Shown here: positions 7,412 through 17,357 of the stretch, in pieces
How positions within the stretch are numbered: position 1 is the first letter of the stretch
Layout: the number at the start of each line of letters is the position of its first letter
Assembly (NCBI GenBank): GCA_964345105.1
Contig: CAYFPZ010000010.1
Span: 1 to 51,667, forward strand
Direction of reading: 5' to 3'
Source of the DNA: Candidatus Hadarchaeota archaeon
Lineage (GTDB): Archaea; Hadarchaeota; Hadarchaeia; Hadarchaeales; Hadarchaeaceae
DNA: 51,667 bases
Notes under the pieces: generated by a model
Database searches by the model: none
Told to the model about the DNA's origin: nothing
The model's input: only the letters and a program-made list of their open reading frames with translations
Position numbers and translations under genes: made by a program

Positions 7412-8289
7412 TTTACCAGTCTCATGTCGACTAGAACCTTGCGCAATTTTTTCTGGTTCTCCGGCTCGAGCTCGACTAATGGTAGCCTGAGCCCTCCGGC
7501 GGCCATACCCATCCAGTTCATCGCCATCTTGACGGGCCCTGGATTGGTCTCGATAAACAATGCTTTGAACAGCGGTGTTAATTCATCGTTAATCTGTTTG
7601 GCTGTTTCGACATCACCGGACCGAAAAGATTCTACTATCTTAACCACTTTATCAGGCACGAGGTTTGCTGCAACCGAGATGATGCCAGCGCCCCCACGTT
7701 TCATAATTTCGAGTGTCAGCGAATCATCACCAGATGTCACAGTAAAATTTCCACCGCTAGTTAGCTCAATTATCCGCGTGATTTGCTCTAGGTCTCCGCT
7801 TGCCTCCTTTACTCCCACGATGTTATTTAGCTTGGCCAGTTTTGCCATGGTCTCAGGCCGCATGTTGACGCTCGTGCGTGAAGGTATGTTATAAATTACC
7901 TGGGGTATGTTAACCTCTTCTGCGAGCCGCTTGTAGTGTTGGTAAAGGCCAGCTTGTGTTGGTTTGTTATAATAGGGCACCACGAGTAGCGCTCCGTCCG
8001 CGCCCACTTCCTTTGCGTGTTTCGTGAGCATGATCGCTTCCCATGTGCTGTTGCTCCCGGTGCCAGCCAGCACAGGGACTTTTCCCTTCACCGCATCGAC
8101 AACGATTTCAACGACTCGGTTGTGCTCTTCGTAGGAAAGCGTTGCGCATTCGCCCGTTGTCCCAACCGGCACCAGCCCATGAATGCCGTTTTTGATTTGA
8201 AATTTAACATTTTCGCGTAGTCCTTCCTCGTTAATTTTTCCATTTTTATCAAAGGGCGTGACCATAGCCGTCAAGGCGCCCTCGAACAT
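7408..8289 (-). CDS. dapA: 4-hydroxy-tetrahydrodipicolinate synthase
   Basis: TAMVTPF...GLVPVGTTGECATLSYEEH and the YNIPSRT motif. 4-nt overlap with dapB. Confidence 0.9.
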   Translation of the reverse strand: MFEGALTAMVTPFDKNGKINEEGLRENVKFQIKNGIHGLVPVGTTGECATLSYEEHNRVVEIVVDAVKGKVPVLAGTGSNSTWEAIMLTKHAKEVGADGALLVVPYYNKPTQAGLYQHYKRLAEEVNIPQVIYNIPSRTSVNMRPETMAKLAKLNNIVGVKEASGDLEQITRIIELTSGGNFTVTSGDDSLTLEIMKRGGAGIISVAANLVPDKVVKIVESFRSGDVETAKQINDELTPLFKALFIETNPGPVKMAMNWMGMAAGGLRLPLVELEPENQKKLRKVLVDMRLVK

Positions 8290-9518
8290 TAACCAACCCC
8301 CTTCATCGCCTGCCTGAGTAACCTCAGGGCTTCCTTTCGGTCGTCCCAGTTGACGAAGAAGCTAATCGACGCCCGGCTCGAGAAGATTTCAATGACGTTT
8401 ATTCGAGCTTTCGCGAGGGGTTCCGACAATTTGGCTATGGCACCCGGCGTGTAGATAAAGCGCTCACTTTCCGCTATTAGCAATGCAATGTTGTTTTCGC
8501 TCGTCACTGATTTCATCTTTCTGTTTAGAGTTATGCTTTTGTGTAGCAACTCAAGTGCTCGGCGGGAATCCTTCTCCATAACGTAGATTGAAAAAGACCT
8601 TGGACCGATTGAGACGCCGAAGATATTTATGCCCGCTTTAGTTAGAGGGGTTGCGGACTTTACAAGTATCCCCGGCGTGGTCTGCATTTCTTCGCCAACT
8701 ATCGTCAGCATCGCAAGCGGTTTTTCGTGCGCTCGAACACCCACAAATTCGACCTCCTTTGGTCCTACAATAGTTGTACCCCGAACAGATAAATTACCAT
8801 GACGGAAGTGTATAACCTTAGCGTTTATGCGGGGATTCTTATAACTCATCGCTCGGGGATGCATCACCTGTGCCCCAAAGCGTGCTAGATCACGCATTTC
8901 TTCTACTGAGATATGCTTGATTAATCGTGCCCTCCTGATTTTGTTGGGGTCAGCGGTCATAACTCCCTCGGCATCGGTGACGATGGTCACCTCATTTGCA
9001 TCTAAGCATTCTCCCATGAGGAAACCCGTTATATCGCTTCCCCCTCGTCCGATCGTTGTTATATTGCCTCGCTTATCTTTGCCCAAAAAACCGCATATCA
9101 CAGGGATTGCACGTTTTTTCATCAAAGGCAAAATGAACTTTTTGGTTCGCATCCTCGTCTCGACCAAATTCACGTTAGCCAATCCGAAGTTGCTGTCAGT
9201 CACCACCGGCCACTCATGCTGCTTGGGATCTATATACTTTGCATCCGCCCCAAGGCTACACAACGCTGCAGCGAATACTCGAGCACTTGTTTGCTCCCCC
9301 ATCGCCATGATATCATCGAGTTTTCTGGCGCTCACCTTGCCACCAGTGCCCGTTTTTGCCGCTTTAATTAGTTCATCGGTGGCGTGCCCCATAGCAGACA
9401 CGACTACTGCCACTTGAGTGCCCTTTTTGTATTCTCGATAGACGGCTTCCGCTCCCAAGCGTATGCGCTCGCCATTCGCGATGCTGGTTCCCCCAAACTT
9501 GACAACAATTCGTCTCAC
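8289..9518 (-). CDS. lysC: Aspartate kinase
   Basis: VVKFGGTSIA N-terminus, GRGGSD motif, two C-terminal ACT-like repeats. Its stop overlaps the dapA start. Confidence 0.9.
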   Translation of the reverse strand: MRRIVVKFGGTSIANGERIRLGAEAVYREYKKGTQVAVVVSAMGHATDELIKAAKTGTGGKVSARKLDDIMAMGEQTSARVFAAALCSLGADAKYIDPKQHEWPVVTDSNFGLANVNLVETRMRTKKFILPLMKKRAIPVICGFLGKDKRGNITTIGRGGSDITGFLMGECLDANEVTIVTDAEGVMTADPNKIRRARLIKHISVEEMRDLARFGAQVMHPRAMSYKNPRINAKVIHFRHGNLSVRGTTIVGPKEVEFVGVRAHEKPLAMLTIVGEEMQTTPGILVKSATPLTKAGINIFGVSIGPRSFSIYVMEKDSRRALELLHKSITLNRKMKSVTSENNIALLIAESERFIYTPGAIAKLSEPLAKARINVIEIFSSRASISFFVNWDDRKEALRLLRQAMKGVG

Positions 9519-10828
9519 TTAAGCCACCTAGGGATTTGGTCGAGGCGCGTCAAGTCTTGATAACTTTCTCGCTTTCGGATTATCTCGAACTTGCCGCGGT
9601 TGATTAAGACCATCGCCGGACGGGGCTGAGCTGTATGCTGGCTAGATATTGCTAAGCCGTAAGCCCCAACATCGAAGATGACGGCCAGATCTCCGGGTTC
9701 AACGGTAGGCAACTTACGCTCCTTACCCAAGAAATCGCCGGACTCACAGAGGGGACCAGCGATATTGAAGAGTTTCTCATTTTTTTCTCGGATTTTGTTT
9801 GCGAGTTCGATATGGTGGTAGGCTCCATAAAGGGCTGGCCTAATCAGCGCGTTCATCCCCGCGTTAACCGCCACCCATGTTGGCATCCCGGGTCGCTCCT
9901 TGGTGTAGCCGACACGCGCCAGCAGCACACTTGCGTCGGCGATTATGTACCGCCCTGGTTCAAAGACAAGTGTCGGTTTTGTGAGATTCTTTTCTTCGAC
10001 GACCCGCTTGACCACAGCCACTATGCGCTCTGCCACTTGCTCGGGTTTGAGCTCTGGGTCATCAGGTTTGTAGGGGACTCCGATACCGCCTCCAAAATCG
10101 ACGAATTGGAGGTGAATGTTAAACCTTTTTTTAATCTCGACTACTAGAGCCATAAGTTTCTTAGCCTCTTCCTCGAAGGGCCCGGAGTCGAGGATTTGAG
10201 AGCCGATATGGGCGTGGATGCCAACGACTTTGACGTTCTTCATTCTTGATGCGAGCTTGTACGCTTCAAGCGCCTGCCCACTCGCAACATCGAACCCAAA
10301 TTTGCTCTCTCGAAGCCCCGTGGCTATGTAAGGGTGAGTCGGGGCCTTCACGTCAGGGTTCACCCTAAATCCTATTCGTGCTTTTTTTCCAATCCTTGAG
10401 GCGATTTTTTCAACCACATTAAGTTCTTGAATACTGTCGACGTTTATCAAAACTTTGTTAATTATCGCGTACTCTAGCTCCGGGGGTGATTTGTGGTTGC
10501 CGTTGAAGATTGCCCTCTCACCAGGAACGCCAACATTCAGGGCGTTTCGAAGCTCATTGCCAGAGCTAACCTCCGCACCCGCATTCTCGCTCTGCAGGAT
10601 TTTGCAAATCGCCAAGTTGAAGTTAGCCTTGAGGGCATAGCAGACAAATACGTTTGGCCATCTCTCGGCAAAGGCTTGGTAGAAACGCCTGTAGTTCTCG
10701 CGCACACGCTGCTCATCGACTACATATAAAGGGGTTCCAAATCGCTCGGCGAGTTCGACCGCGTCGGCGCCCCCGATCACGAGATGTCCTTGTGGGTTGG
10801 TGTTGAAATGCGGTTTCAGCATTAGCAT
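9515..10828 (-). CDS. lysA: Diaminopimelate decarboxylase
   Basis: Fold-III PLP decarboxylase: YALKAN (PLP Lys), HIGSQ, GGGIGVPY, CESGD. Confidence 0.9.
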   Translation of the reverse strand: MLMLKPHFNTNPQGHLVIGGADAVELAERFGTPLYVVDEQRVRENYRRFYQAFAERWPNVFVCYALKANFNLAICKILQSENAGAEVSSGNELRNALNVGVPGERAIFNGNHKSPPELEYAIINKVLINVDSIQELNVVEKIASRIGKKARIGFRVNPDVKAPTHPYIATGLRESKFGFDVASGQALEAYKLASRMKNVKVVGIHAHIGSQILDSGPFEEEAKKLMALVVEIKKRFNIHLQFVDFGGGIGVPYKPDDPELKPEQVAERIVAVVKRVVEEKNLTKPTLVFEPGRYIIADASVLLARVGYTKERPGMPTWVAVNAGMNALIRPALYGAYHHIELANKIREKNEKLFNIAGPLCESGDFLGKERKLPTVEPGDLAVIFDVGAYGLAISSQHTAQPRPAMVLINRGKFEIIRKRESYQDLTRLDQIPRWLK

Positions 10829-12177
10829 TTACTCTCAACCTCGCGAAGAGCTTCCCCGAAGATATCTAGGCCGAGTTCGAGTTCGCGTTGACTTATGATG
10901 AACGGTGGAGCTATTCGAATTACAGATTGTCCCCCCCGGAAGACGATGAGCCCCCGGTTCAAGGCTTTCTGTATAACTGCATTGCGCTCTTTGATTGCTT
11001 GCTTCTTTGTTCGCCGATCTTTGACCAATTCCACAGCTAGCAGCAGTCCCTTACCCCTAACTTCGCCAATCAAGCGGGACTCTTCGGCAAATTCGTGCAG
11101 CCGCTTGAGCGCCAGCTCGCCTAGTTTGCCAGTTCGTTTCACGAGTTTCTGTTTTTCTAGGATATCTAACCCCTCGAGGGCCGCCGCGCAGGCGATTAGG
11201 TTGCCCCCGAAGGTCGAGGCGTGCGCTCCAGGTTCCCAGTCCATGACCTTCGCGCTGGCTATTGTCGCACCTATTGGAGCCATCCCACCAGCTAGTGCTT
11301 TCGCTACGCACACGATGTCAGGCGTTACTCCCCAATGCTCCATCGCGAACATCTTGCCCGTTCGCCCGAGGCCTGTCTGGATCTCGTCGGCTATAAAGAG
11401 CCAATCGTGCTCCTCGCACAGCTCCTTCAACATTGGGTAGTACTCAGGTGGGGGGATGATGTACCCTGAGCTACCTTGGATCGGCTCGGTGATGACTGCA
11501 GCAACCTCCTCAGGCGGGATTACTTTTCTTATTGATTTACGGATGTACTCAATGCATGCGAAATCGCACTTTGGACAACTCTGGTTGAGGGGGCATCGGT
11601 AGCAGTAGGGGTAGGGCATGAAGCTCACGCCCGGCACTAGCGGGGCAAAGTAGCGATGGTGCACGACGTTTACTGAGGATAGACTCATCGCTCCGAAAGT
11701 CCGGCCGTGGAATGCTCCTGTGAAGGCAATCATGCGTGGGCGGCGGGTGTGCCAGCGAGCGCACTTGAATGCTGCTTCCACTGACTCGGCACCACTATTT
11801 CCGAAGTAAACGCGCTTGGCAAACTTTCCAGGAGTAATCCTCACGAGTTTTTCAGCGAGCTTCACCTGCGCCTCGTAGTAGAAATCGGTTCCGGCGAAGT
11901 GCGTGAGCTTCGTAGCCTGTTGCTCGACGGCGCGGATGAGTTGAGGGTGGGAGTAACCAAAGTTGAGGACGAACATGCCCGATGTGAGATCGAGCAAGAC
12001 GTTTCCGTCCACATCCCGCACGTAACAACTCCAACCTTCCTTCGCCACTATCGGCTCAGATCGCATGTAGGAAGGCGACATCACACGCTCATCACGTGTA
12101 ACTATCCCTTTTGCCCGCGGTCCGGGGATTGGTTTGACAATTCGTGGACCGTTTTTTACCCATGCTGGTTTTGGCAA
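10822..12177 (-). CDS. Class-III PLP aminotransferase (ArgD/GabT/DapC-like), first gene of the DAP operon
   Basis: GNSGAESVEAAFK, DEIQTGLGRTG, and the AKALAGG PLP-Lys region. Substrate cannot be assigned from sequence. Confidence 0.8.
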   Translation of the reverse strand: MPKPAWVKNGPRIVKPIPGPRAKGIVTRDERVMSPSYMRSEPIVAKEGWSCYVRDVDGNVLLDLTSGMFVLNFGYSHPQLIRAVEQQATKLTHFAGTDFYYEAQVKLAEKLVRITPGKFAKRVYFGNSGAESVEAAFKCARWHTRRPRMIAFTGAFHGRTFGAMSLSSVNVVHHRYFAPLVPGVSFMPYPYCYRCPLNQSCPKCDFACIEYIRKSIRKVIPPEEVAAVITEPIQGSSGYIIPPPEYYPMLKELCEEHDWLFIADEIQTGLGRTGKMFAMEHWGVTPDIVCVAKALAGGMAPIGATIASAKVMDWEPGAHASTFGGNLIACAAALEGLDILEKQKLVKRTGKLGELALKRLHEFAEESRLIGEVRGKGLLLAVELVKDRRTKKQAIKERNAVIQKALNRGLIVFRGGQSVIRIAPPFIISQRELELGLDIFGEALREVESKC

Positions 12178-12294
12178 ACTCTCACCCTAAAGGTTTACTC
12201 AAATATATCTATTTAAATAATTACGGCAGCGCAACACAGCGAGCTAACTAAGTTTTTTATAGCCAGCAGCGCCTTTTCCTTCAGAGGTGCACTT

Positions 12295-13182
12295 GTGGTA
12301 AATCCTAAAATGCGTGTTGGAAAAAAGGATGTGTTAGCAGTTTTACCGAAACGAAGGCGGGGAGCACACAAGGGTGACTATGGGAGGTTACTCGTTGTCG
12401 GAGGCGGATTGCGTTATGTTGGAGCTCCAGCGCTCGTTGGCCTAGCCGCGTTACGTTCCGGTGTTGACCTCGCGATCATTGCTGCGCCTGAAAAAGCAGC
12501 TTGGACGATAAACTCATTCTCACCAGATCTTATCACAATCAAACTCCCCTGCCGCGACCTTGAGCCCCCCGCACTTTCTGAATTACGGAACGAATTTAAA
12601 CTCTCAACGGCCGTAGTCGTGGGACCAGGGTTGGGCACGCTCGCGAAGACACGTGACGCCATAATCGAGATAGCACGCACGCTCAAGGAGGCACAACCAA
12701 ACATGCCCGCGCTCTTCGACGCGGATGGGTTGAAAGCGCTGGCATCAGAGCGAGATTTACTTCAGGGGATGCGTTGGGTCCTGACGCCCCATGCGCGTGA
12801 GTTCGAATTACTAACTGGCGTGGATCTTCCAGCTGACATAAACGGACGGGCCCAACAGGTCAAGGCCGCCGCAAAGCAGTTCGGCTGCACTGTGCTGTTG
12901 AAAGCATGGGTAGACATTATCGCATCACCTGCTGGGAAAGTGAAACTCAATTACACGGGCAACCCCGGAATGACAGTGGGAGGTACAGGTGATGTTCTTG
13001 CGGGGATCGTGGGAACCTTCTTGGCGCAAGGGGTAAAACCTTTCAAGGCTGCGGTCTCTGGAGCTTGGGTATGCGGGCGGGCGGGAGATCTGTGTCTTCG
13101 GGAAAAGAGTAATGAATTCTTGGCATCAGACTTGCTTGAAAAGTTGCCCGAAGTTTTCAAGGAGGTTAGGGGGAGGAGATGA
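12295..13182 (+). CDS. nnrD: ADP-dependent NAD(P)HX dehydratase (YjeF C-terminal domain family)
   Basis: [29 protein letters not shown] motifs. Start is GTG at 12295, or ATG at 12310. Confidence 0.85.
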   Translation: MVNPKMRVGKKDVLAVLPKRRRGAHKGDYGRLLVVGGGLRYVGAPALVGLAALRSGVDLAIIAAPEKAAWTINSFSPDLITIKLPCRDLEPPALSELRNEFKLSTAVVVGPGLGTLAKTRDAIIEIARTLKEAQPNMPALFDADGLKALASERDLLQGMRWVLTPHAREFELLTGVDLPADINGRAQQVKAAAKQFGCTVLLKAWVDIIASPAGKVKLNYTGNPGMTVGGTGDVLAGIVGTFLAQGVKPFKAAVSGAWVCGRAGDLCLREKSNEFLASDLLEKLPEVFKEVRGRR

Positions 13183-13186
13183 GATT

Positions 13187-13333
13187 GTGGTGAAGTTTGA
13201 GGCTGCCGAGCGACGCCTATTTAAAGTGAAGATATGTATGCGGTGCAACGCCCGCAACCCTTGGAAGGCAACCAAGTGCAGAAAATGTGGATACAGCGGG
13301 CTGAGGTCGAAATCGAGGGAGCCACGAGGATGA
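13187..13333 (+). CDS. rpl40e: Ribosomal protein L40e
   Basis: [48 protein letters not shown] matches the L40e zinc-ribbon consensus. GTG start lies 4 nt after the nnrD stop, with GGAGG upstream. Confidence 0.85.
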   Translation: MVKFEAAERRLFKVKICMRCNARNPWKATKCRKCGYSGLRSKSREPRG

Positions 13334-14109
13334 AAGTAGAAGAGCGATTGAAACGGATTATAGCTCGAGAGGGCGCAGCTCACTTAACGCTTATAGACCC
13401 AGCAAAACAGGCACCGAGAGTCGCCGCGCAAATAGCATCCGATGCTGCATTTGCAGGAAGTGACGGCATCATGGTTGGTGGCTCTACTCGCGCGGGTGGC
13501 AGTCTCCTCGACCGAACTGTGGTAGAAATAAAAAAAGCCATAAAACTTCCTGTTATTCTTTTTCCTGCAAGCGAGGCAGGATTAAGCCAACATGCGGATG
13601 CAATCTTTTTCATGAGCATGCTCAACTCCCGTGACCCATATTATATTACGGGTGCTCAAAAGCGCGGGGCGCCGCTCGTCAAGCAATTCAAGTTGGAAAC
13701 CTTGCCCATGGCATATTTATTGGTCGAACCTGGTCAGGCGGTCGGGCGGGTCGGGAAGGCGGACCTACTCCCTCGCGCTAAACCTGAGCTGGCCGCGGCA
13801 TACGCGCTCACGGCGCAATATCTGGGAATGAGGTTCGTTTACCTCGAGGCAGGTTCAGGGGCACCTATACCAGTACCAACAAACATGGTGCGAGCGGTGC
13901 GGGAGGCAACGCAGGTGACACTCATCGTAGGGGGCGGGATAAAAACACCAAGAGCGGCAGCTGAACGCGTGAAAGCCGGCGCAGATGTTATTGTAACTGG
14001 AACCATCGTTGAACGCGCAAAAGATAGAGTAGCAAAAATTCGTGAAATTGTGAAAGCAATTAAACTAGGCCGCGGTGTTTGGCGCAGGAAATGCAAGCGT
14101 AACCTTTGA
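13330..14109 (+). CDS. Geranylgeranylglyceryl phosphate synthase (PcrB/GGGPS family)
   Basis: HLTLIDP...[10 protein letters not shown]...FPAS...YLLVEPG...YLEAGSGA...VGGGI. The ATG overlaps the L40e stop (ATGA). The track start at 13234 is an upstream extension. Confidence 0.85.
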   Translation: MKVEERLKRIIAREGAAHLTLIDPAKQAPRVAAQIASDAAFAGSDGIMVGGSTRAGGSLLDRTVVEIKKAIKLPVILFPASEAGLSQHADAIFFMSMLNSRDPYYITGAQKRGAPLVKQFKLETLPMAYLLVEPGQAVGRVGKADLLPRAKPELAAAYALTAQYLGMRFVYLEAGSGAPIPVPTNMVRAVREATQVTLIVGGGIKTPRAAAERVKAGADVIVTGTIVERAKDRVAKIREIVKAIKLGRGVWRRKCKRNL

Positions 14110-14290
14110 AGCTGGGAGTAAAAACGCGCCTTCGATCGATACCGGGAATTCTTGGGTCGACTCTGAAACCCTTCCTCACTGCTACGGCTTTTATCCTAGG
14201 CACCATTCGCCCGCAATAGACGCAGGAAATTGGCTGACTTCGCCCACCTGCCTTATAGCGACCCCACTTCTTTCCCATTTTCTCGACCAC
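14060..14290 (-). CDS. rps26e: Ribosomal protein eS26
   Basis: ...SCVYCGRMVPRIKAV...[13 protein letters not shown] matches the S26e pattern V.C..CG..VP..KA...Y.C.SCA.H. The true start may be the internal MGKKW. Confidence 0.75.
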   Translation of the reverse strand: MVEKMGKKWGRYKAGGRSQPISCVYCGRMVPRIKAVAVRKGFRVDPRIPGIDRRRVFTPSFKGYACISCAKHRGLV

Positions 14291-14483
14291 ACATTATTCA
14301 GAATTGCAGGCTATAACCATTTTGGGTGGTTAATTAGGGTATTCATTGCTGGCTCGTTATTCTCGCTGGCAGCGGGAGCTTAACCGAGTAAAAAGTTTGG
14401 TGGGATGTGAAAACTCCTGTGAAATCTGGAGAAAATACTAAATTATAGCACAAAATCCTTATAGAGGTTGAAGTGCAATTTCC

Positions 14484-15026
14484 ATGAATGGCATGATAGA
14501 AATAAGATTTCATGGTCGCGGTGGGCAAGGAGCAGTGACCGCGGCTAGGTTGCTTGCCGAGGCGGCTTTTGCGGAAGGTAAATATAGCCAAGCTCTTCCA
14601 TTTTTCGGCGCTGAAAGAAGAGGAGCCCCGGTGCTCGCGTTCACGCGAATCGATAACAGGCCAATTCGTATCCGCACGCAAATTTACGAACCTAACTACG
14701 TGGTGGTACTAGACCCTTCACTGCTAGAAGTTGTAAAAGTCGCTTCTGGTATAAAGCATGGTGGGCTAATAGTGCTCAACTCTAATAAAACTGCTCAATT
14801 TTCCAATGCTAAAACCGCTTTTGTCGATGCCACTTCAATAGCGAAGGAGATGCTAGGAGTGCCGATAACAAACACGGCCATGCTGGGCGCTTTTGCGAAG
14901 GCAACAAAGCTCGTGTCGTTGGACTCTCTCATAAATGTAATCAAAGGGCACTTTTCCAGCAAACTTGCAGAGAAAAACATCGCCGCGATAAAAGCAGCTT
15001 ATGAACAAACAAAGGTGGTAAAATGA
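14484..15026 (+). CDS. porG: Pyruvate (2-oxoacid):ferredoxin oxidoreductase, gamma subunit
   Basis: [41 protein letters not shown]. Confidence 0.9.
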
Positions 15027-15283
15027 AATTGCCCCCTAGCACGATTATCCTTAAACCAGGGAATAGTGAGCAAAATGAAACCGGCAGTTGGCGAAGCCTC
15101 AAGCCAGTGGTCGATGCTGAAAAATGCAATGGATGCGAGTTGTGTTGGCTTTATTGTCCTGAACCAGCAATTACCAAGGGCAAACCTGTTGTTATTGACT
15201 ATCGATATTGTAAGGGCTGTGGTATCTGTGCCAACGAGTGTCCAGTCAAAGCGATAGTGATGGTTGAGGAGGGACGAAAATGA
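15023..15283 (+). CDS. porD: Pyruvate:ferredoxin oxidoreductase, delta subunit (2x[4Fe-4S])
   Basis: Two CxxCxxCxxxCP motifs ([24 protein letters not shown]). 4-nt overlaps on both sides. Confidence 0.9.
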   Translation: MKLPPSTIILKPGNSEQNETGSWRSLKPVVDAEKCNGCELCWLYCPEPAITKGKPVVIDYRYCKGCGICANECPVKAIVMVEEGRK

Positions 15284-16464
15284 AACAACTTATTAATGGC
15301 GACGAAGCCGCTGCCATCGCTGCAAAGCTCGCGCGCGTCAAGGTCATCTCAGCTTACCCAATAACCCCGCAGACTATTATCGTAGAGAGGCTTGCCGAGT
15401 TCGTGGCTAATGGCGAGCTGGATGCAGAATACATCAAAGTGGAGTCAGAACACAGTGCACTAAGTGCTTGTTTAGGTTCTGCGGCTGTAGGGGCGAGGAC
15501 ATTTACTGCGACTTCCTCTCAGGGATTAATGCTTATGAGCGAGATATTATTCGTCGTTTCAGGTATGCGGCTACCCATCGTCATGGCAAACGCAAATCGA
15601 TCGCTTTCTGCACCTCTCAGCATTTGGTGTGACCAACAAGACTCAGTAGCTGTACGCGATTGTGGTTGGATACAGCTTTATTGCGAGAATAATCAGGAGG
15701 TTCTCGACTCGACGATTCAGGCATTTCGCATCGCTGAAGAGTCCTTGCTTCCAGTAATGGTCTGCTTCGATGGATATATCCTCTCACACACGGCCGAGCC
15801 AGTGGAGATTCCTGAACAGGCTGAAGTCGATAAATTCCTTCCCACTTACAAGTATACTTATCCCCTCGATCCAGAGAAGCCCGTCACGATGGGTGCAGTT
15901 GGGGTACCAGAGTACTATGAGGAATTCAGATATATGTTGCAAGAAGCTGTACTCAAATCGAAGGAAAAAATAATTGAAGTTGGACAGGCATTCAGTAAAC
16001 AATTCGGAAGGAACAGCGGCCTCATTGAATGTTATCGAAGTGATGATGCCGACGTGATTTTGCTCACAATGGGCTCGTTGAGCGGCAGCGTAAAAGAGAT
16101 GATTGATGAGTATCGCGGTCACGGCGAGCGAGTTGGACTTGTGAAGGTGCGAGCATTCAGACCTTTCCCAGCGAAAGAGTTAGTAGACTCGCTTGGCCAT
16201 GCCAAAGCCGTGGCTGTACTCGAAAAAGATTTCTCACCTGGTTCAACGGGGGCACTTTTTTCGGACCTTTCTGGGGCGTTTGTAAATTCTAGAAAGGCTC
16301 CGCTTTTGTTGAATTTCATCTGTGGTCTTGGGGGACGTGATGTTTCATCACTTCAGATTAGGAAAGCGACCAAAGCAACGGTGGAAGCAGCGAAAACTGG
16401 TGAAGTCAAAAAAACTGTCCGATGGCTAGGGTTGAGAGAAACTATGGTGGGGTTAAGACCATGA
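15280..16464 (+). CDS. porA: Pyruvate:ferredoxin oxidoreductase, alpha subunit
   Basis: [10 protein letters not shown]...AYPITPQT...ESEHSA...ATSSQG; the length is typical. Confidence 0.9.
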   Translation: MKQLINGDEAAAIAAKLARVKVISAYPITPQTIIVERLAEFVANGELDAEYIKVESEHSALSACLGSAAVGARTFTATSSQGLMLMSEILFVVSGMRLPIVMANANRSLSAPLSIWCDQQDSVAVRDCGWIQLYCENNQEVLDSTIQAFRIAEESLLPVMVCFDGYILSHTAEPVEIPEQAEVDKFLPTYKYTYPLDPEKPVTMGAVGVPEYYEEFRYMLQEAVLKSKEKIIEVGQAFSKQFGRNSGLIECYRSDDADVILLTMGSLSGSVKEMIDEYRGHGERVGLVKVRAFRPFPAKELVDSLGHAKAVAVLEKDFSPGSTGALFSDLSGAFVNSRKAPLLLNFICGLGGRDVSSLQIRKATKATVEAAKTGEVKKTVRWLGLRETMVGLRP

Positions 16465-17333
16465 AACAAGTGCCCGAAGAAGAATTGCTCGCACCTGGAC
16501 ATCGTGCATGCCCAGGGTGCGGCAGTATCCTTGCGATAAGGTACGCACTAAAAGCTCTTGGTAAAAACACTATCGTTTGCGCCCCAACTGGTTGCATGGA
16601 GGTTGTTACCACACCATATCCAGAAACCGCTTGGCGAGTACCTTGGATACATGTTGCTTTTGAGAATGCCGCCGCAGTTGCTTCTGGAGTTGAGTCTGGT
16701 TTGAAAAGTTTGGGTAAAAGTGGCATCAAGGTCGTTGCGATAGGCGGCGATGGGGGTACGGTAGACATCGGGCTTCAAGCTCTTTCTGGGATGGTCGAGC
16801 GCAACCATAACGTGCTCTACATTTGTACTGACAACGAAGCTTACATGAACACGGGTATACAGCGAAGTGGAGCAACACCCTACAGCGCATGGACAACTAC
16901 AACACCCGTAGGCAAGGTGAAGCGAGGCGAGGATCTCCCGAAAAAAGATATGCCAGCAATAATCGCGGCTCATAGTGCCCCTTATGTTGCGACTGCTTCA
17001 GTTGGCTACCCTCTCGATTACATCAAAAAAGTGAAGAAAGCAGCCTCGATTGAAGGACCAACTTATATTCACGTCCATTGCCCGTGCGGTCCGGGGTGGA
17101 GGTTTGATTCTAGCAAGACGATTGAAATCGCCAAGCTTGCGGTGTTGACAGGAATGTGGAATCTCTATGAAATCGAGAATGGCGTGTTTAAGCTCACTTT
17201 TAAGCCGCCCAAGCGAAGGCCGGTTGCTGATTACTTGAAAATGCAAAGGAGATTTAGGCATCTCAATGATGAGGAAATCGCGGAAATCCAGCGGATGGTA
17301 GATGAACAGTGGAAGCGTTTCGGCATCAGTTAG
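16461..17333 (+). CDS. porB: Pyruvate:ferredoxin oxidoreductase, beta subunit (TPP-binding)
   Basis: [27 protein letters not shown]. The ATG overlaps the porA stop (ATGA). Confidence 0.9.
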   Translation: MKQVPEEELLAPGHRACPGCGSILAIRYALKALGKNTIVCAPTGCMEVVTTPYPETAWRVPWIHVAFENAAAVASGVESGLKSLGKSGIKVVAIGGDGGTVDIGLQALSGMVERNHNVLYICTDNEAYMNTGIQRSGATPYSAWTTTTPVGKVKRGEDLPKKDMPAIIAAHSAPYVATASVGYPLDYIKKVKKAASIEGPTYIHVHCPCGPGWRFDSSKTIEIAKLAVLTGMWNLYEIENGVFKLTFKPPKRRPVADYLKMQRRFRHLNDEEIAEIQRMVDEQWKRFGIS

Positions 17334-17357
17334 ACGGGTTTTTAAAACTGAAGTCTG

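Noticed and set aside
13112-13333. 73-aa ORF-track version of the L40e gene and 291-aa version of GGGPS (13234-14109)
   Set aside because: The N-terminal extensions overlap the preceding genes and have no homology-like content. Conserved protein starts and coupling signals (GTG after GGAGG, ATGA overlap) support the shorter forms.
14343-14681. 112-aa minus-strand ORF spanning the eS26/porG intergenic region and the porG 5' end
   Set aside because: It overlaps the confidently identified porG, has no ribosome-binding site or recognisable motif, and its composition looks like non-coding translation.
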